NCBI GenBank assembly: GCA_965153285.1
Contig: OZ229114.1
Length of the DNA stretch: 64,000 nt
Strand: one strand, 5' to 3'
Origin: Podarcis tiliguerta
Taxonomy: Eukaryota
Notes under the pieces: model-generated
Told to the model about the DNA's origin: nothing
The model's database searches: none
What the model saw: the letters and a program-made list of their open reading frames with translations, nothing else
Shown here: positions 61,312 through 64,000 of the stretch, one piece after another
Layout of the letters: the number at the start of each line of letters is the position of its first letter
Position numbering within the stretch: the first letter of the stretch is position 1
Translations under genes and position numbers: made by a program

Positions 61312-64000
61312 CTGCAGAGACATGAGAATTACTTGAGAATAGGAAGAAATTAATAAAACTAAACACACACAAACATACAACTTGGTAAGTTTTTATGGCT
61401 GAAACGCTGTCTCAGTTAATCTTGGGTTGCTTTGGAACTTCCTACTGAACCTCAACCAAAGTCTCTTGACATATCAGCCATTATTTTATATTCCTTATTT
61501 TGTTTTGTTAAGGACATATCGATATTATGACTTTCATTCAATAAAATATTAATGGTAGATTAAACAGTATGAACACACTATATCTGAGAGCATAGAATGC
61601 AAGTTAATTTCAAAACATAGTTCTCTGCATATACTTCATAATGTCTGAAAAGTGGATCAAGTTACTTCTTTTTGAGCATGTATACTTCTTGTTATCCACC
61701 ATACATTCATTAAGATGTAGTCTATGTATTGATAGTTTCAAGTAAGACACAAAGGAGAACAGGAAAGAAAAAAACATCTTAACAAGCAGAACCGAAGTTC
61801 ACGTACCCATAAAAGAAAACTCAACAAGTGTTTAATTCAGAAACTACAAAATGGAGCAAGAGTGGAGAATTTATTGCCTTACAATTATTATTGCAAACAA
61901 ACTGCAGCTTTCATATTAAGTATATTCTGGGTACACTTCATTTTATTTAATATAGTTATATTCCATCTTTAAATTTAGCAAAAACAACACAATTTAATGG
62001 GAAAGCTTACAGGGCACTCTCCAGATGCTGTAGACTACAACTTCTATTATCCCTGACCACTGGCCATGTTGGCTGGGGTAATGAGAGTTGTACCCCACAA
62101 TATTTGGAGTGCACCACTTTGGCTACCACTATTCTTGCTTTTTAAAAAGTGCTGCAGTCCAGATATTCAGTCCATGAGCTATTCAGTTAGAACAGAGATA
62201 ACTAGTTCAGCAATGCTAGCCTTGCAAGTTCCAAGGCAGTAAAGCAGATGCTAGAAAGTCATGTGACTGGATTTTAAAAGTCATGTAATAATATATTTTG
62301 CATTTATTAGATAATTGAGATATTGTTAGCCATTAGTGGAAGACTAACTAGTAAGCTTGATGAAATCATTTTTTCTACACAAAGACTACTGCCTATCTCC
62401 CATGAAGCTTAAGTATAAACATTCTTAAAAGCTGCACAATTCTGGAAGCTACTTGTTATTACTAACAACCTTTAAGAGGTAGCCAGTGGGAAAGAGGAAG
62501 GGTAAGTGGTGGCAAGTGTAGAGTAGTTATCAGACAATTTGCCAATGTGTAAATTTACAGATGCCCGCATCCTACAAGCAGGATAGAGTCTCTCTTCTTT
62601 TTCTTAATAAGCTGGGTAGATTCTCAATGAATTATTGCTGTGTTTCATATAACACCTAAACTCTCAAGGGATCCAACTCCATTCCCAGCATATGGAGTAT
62701 ACAGCAACTTCTAATGCACACAGGAACTCACTTTTTAGCAGCTGCAGCTCAGTGAAACAGTGTCTCCTTTTCTAGCAAACAAGTAACAAAGCTATGGTTG
62801 TACAGACCACCTTTAAGACTCTTATCCAGAACTTTATTATGAATCTAAATCTTTCTGTTCTCTCCTCTATCAAAACAGTTTTGGAACTGTTTCAAGTCTG
62901 TTTGTAACTACATTATTAGTACAGTTAAGGAGGTTTGCCAATATTTGCTGTCCATGCATTTATATGCTAAAATGTACTATTTGGCCCACAGAAATGGAAA
63001 ACATTCAAGTTCATAATTATTCAAAGCAATGTTATTTAAAGCAAACCTAAATTTCAAGATCATCTATACTGTTTAACAATAAAGAATATTTAGTTTTTCA
63101 ACATGTATTTTTGCAATTTAAGGGGCAAGAGTAACGTCTGAAAAAGGTCTACTTATTAATAGAGAGATGGGGCAGTACCTCGTTACACCCTGTCCAATGA
63201 AATACTTCTTTGGTTCTGCGAGAAAACCAACTAGAAGACCCATGTTATTCTTCCAAGGTAGAGATTCACAATCCTTTTCACTATCACTTTTCATCTGTGT
63301 CTGGTGTAGGTGAAGTTTTACACATATGAAATAACATGCAGAAGTGGAGAATAGCCAGCTATGCATGCTTACAAGGATTTGAGGCTTACAATAGCTAACA
63401 AAATTAAGTGTGACTCAACAACATCAACCTGTGACAAAGATTAATTCTAATTTGCATTACATTAAGACTTAAGTAATAACAGTATTTGTCGGTAAGACAT
63501 TATTTCTAGTGGGTCAAGTTTTTGGTTCAATATCTTAAGAAAGTGTTTAAAAGCTAGTGGATTCTGTATATGTGGAACTCTCTCTGGTAAATTATATGAG
63601 GAAATGCTACAGGAATAGGTATATGTAGCCTTGAGACCAGAAAGGCAAGTGGGCAAACAAATTATGTTTTCAAGAAATACCAGAATGGAAAGAATGAATG
63701 GTTTTTTTCAGCTTTCTATGAAAACAAAGCAAAGAAGTTACAGGTTTAAAGTGGGAATTTGATGCACACTCCCTTAGGAGAAAGCACAATTGAACACAGT
63801 GGGATTTTATTTAGTAAACATGTATCAGATTGCACTGTAGATTACCTAACCGTAATGATTCAGAAAATGGACAAGTTGCTTAAGCTGTATGTGAAAATTT
63901 CTTAAGGTTTTTAAGAAAGCTAAAAAGAAAATGCTAGACAATAATATTTTAAAATGCTTTATTTTCTAACACATATGTATTGACTTTTCGGCAAAGTCCA

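Noticed and set aside
63462-63656. YNLPERVPHIQNPLAFKHFLK resembles a LINE ORF2 C-terminus
   Set aside because: Too short and degenerate, and no 3' stem-loop or tail was recognised.
1-64000. CRISPR arrays, rRNA or tRNA genes, autonomous transposase or retroviral ORFs
   Set aside because: None seen; the window is eukaryotic intron/exon sequence with only non-autonomous or truncated elements.

Overview
Vertebrate genomic DNA, almost certainly from a lacertid-type lizard (Sauria SINE plus squamate MITE and L2 families). It holds two convergent genes. On the + strand is the 3' half of SLIT1: 17 GT-AG coding exons from 977 to the TAG at 17970, encoding LRR domain 4, EGF1-6, laminin-G, EGF7-9 and the cystine knot, followed by a 3' UTR of up to about 3.7 kb. 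On the - strand is the 3' part of LCOR. A shared 94-bp exon (61311-61218, VLDLS CtBP motif) splices in phase 2 either to the HTH-psq terminal exon (58234-57265, about 9 kb 3' UTR) or, across a 25.8-kb intron, to the giant PALI1/C10orf12 exon (35451-30768, about 8 kb 3' UTR). Introns carry TA-flanked Tc1/mariner MITEs, hAT MITEs with 8-bp TSDs, SINE and L2 fragments. The locus is a known one and I see no wholly new system. The best leads are a frame-preserving 63-nt candidate LCOR cassette exon, histone-mimic and EED-binding motif features in PALI1, a Pro/Glu repeat expansion in PALI1, altered SLIT1 EGF3 and cleavage-linker sequences, an open in-frame SLIT1 intron, a hairpin/MITE cluster upstream of the PALI1 acceptor, and a dense miRNA-site cluster. 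Comparisons with human proteins are from memory and need alignment.
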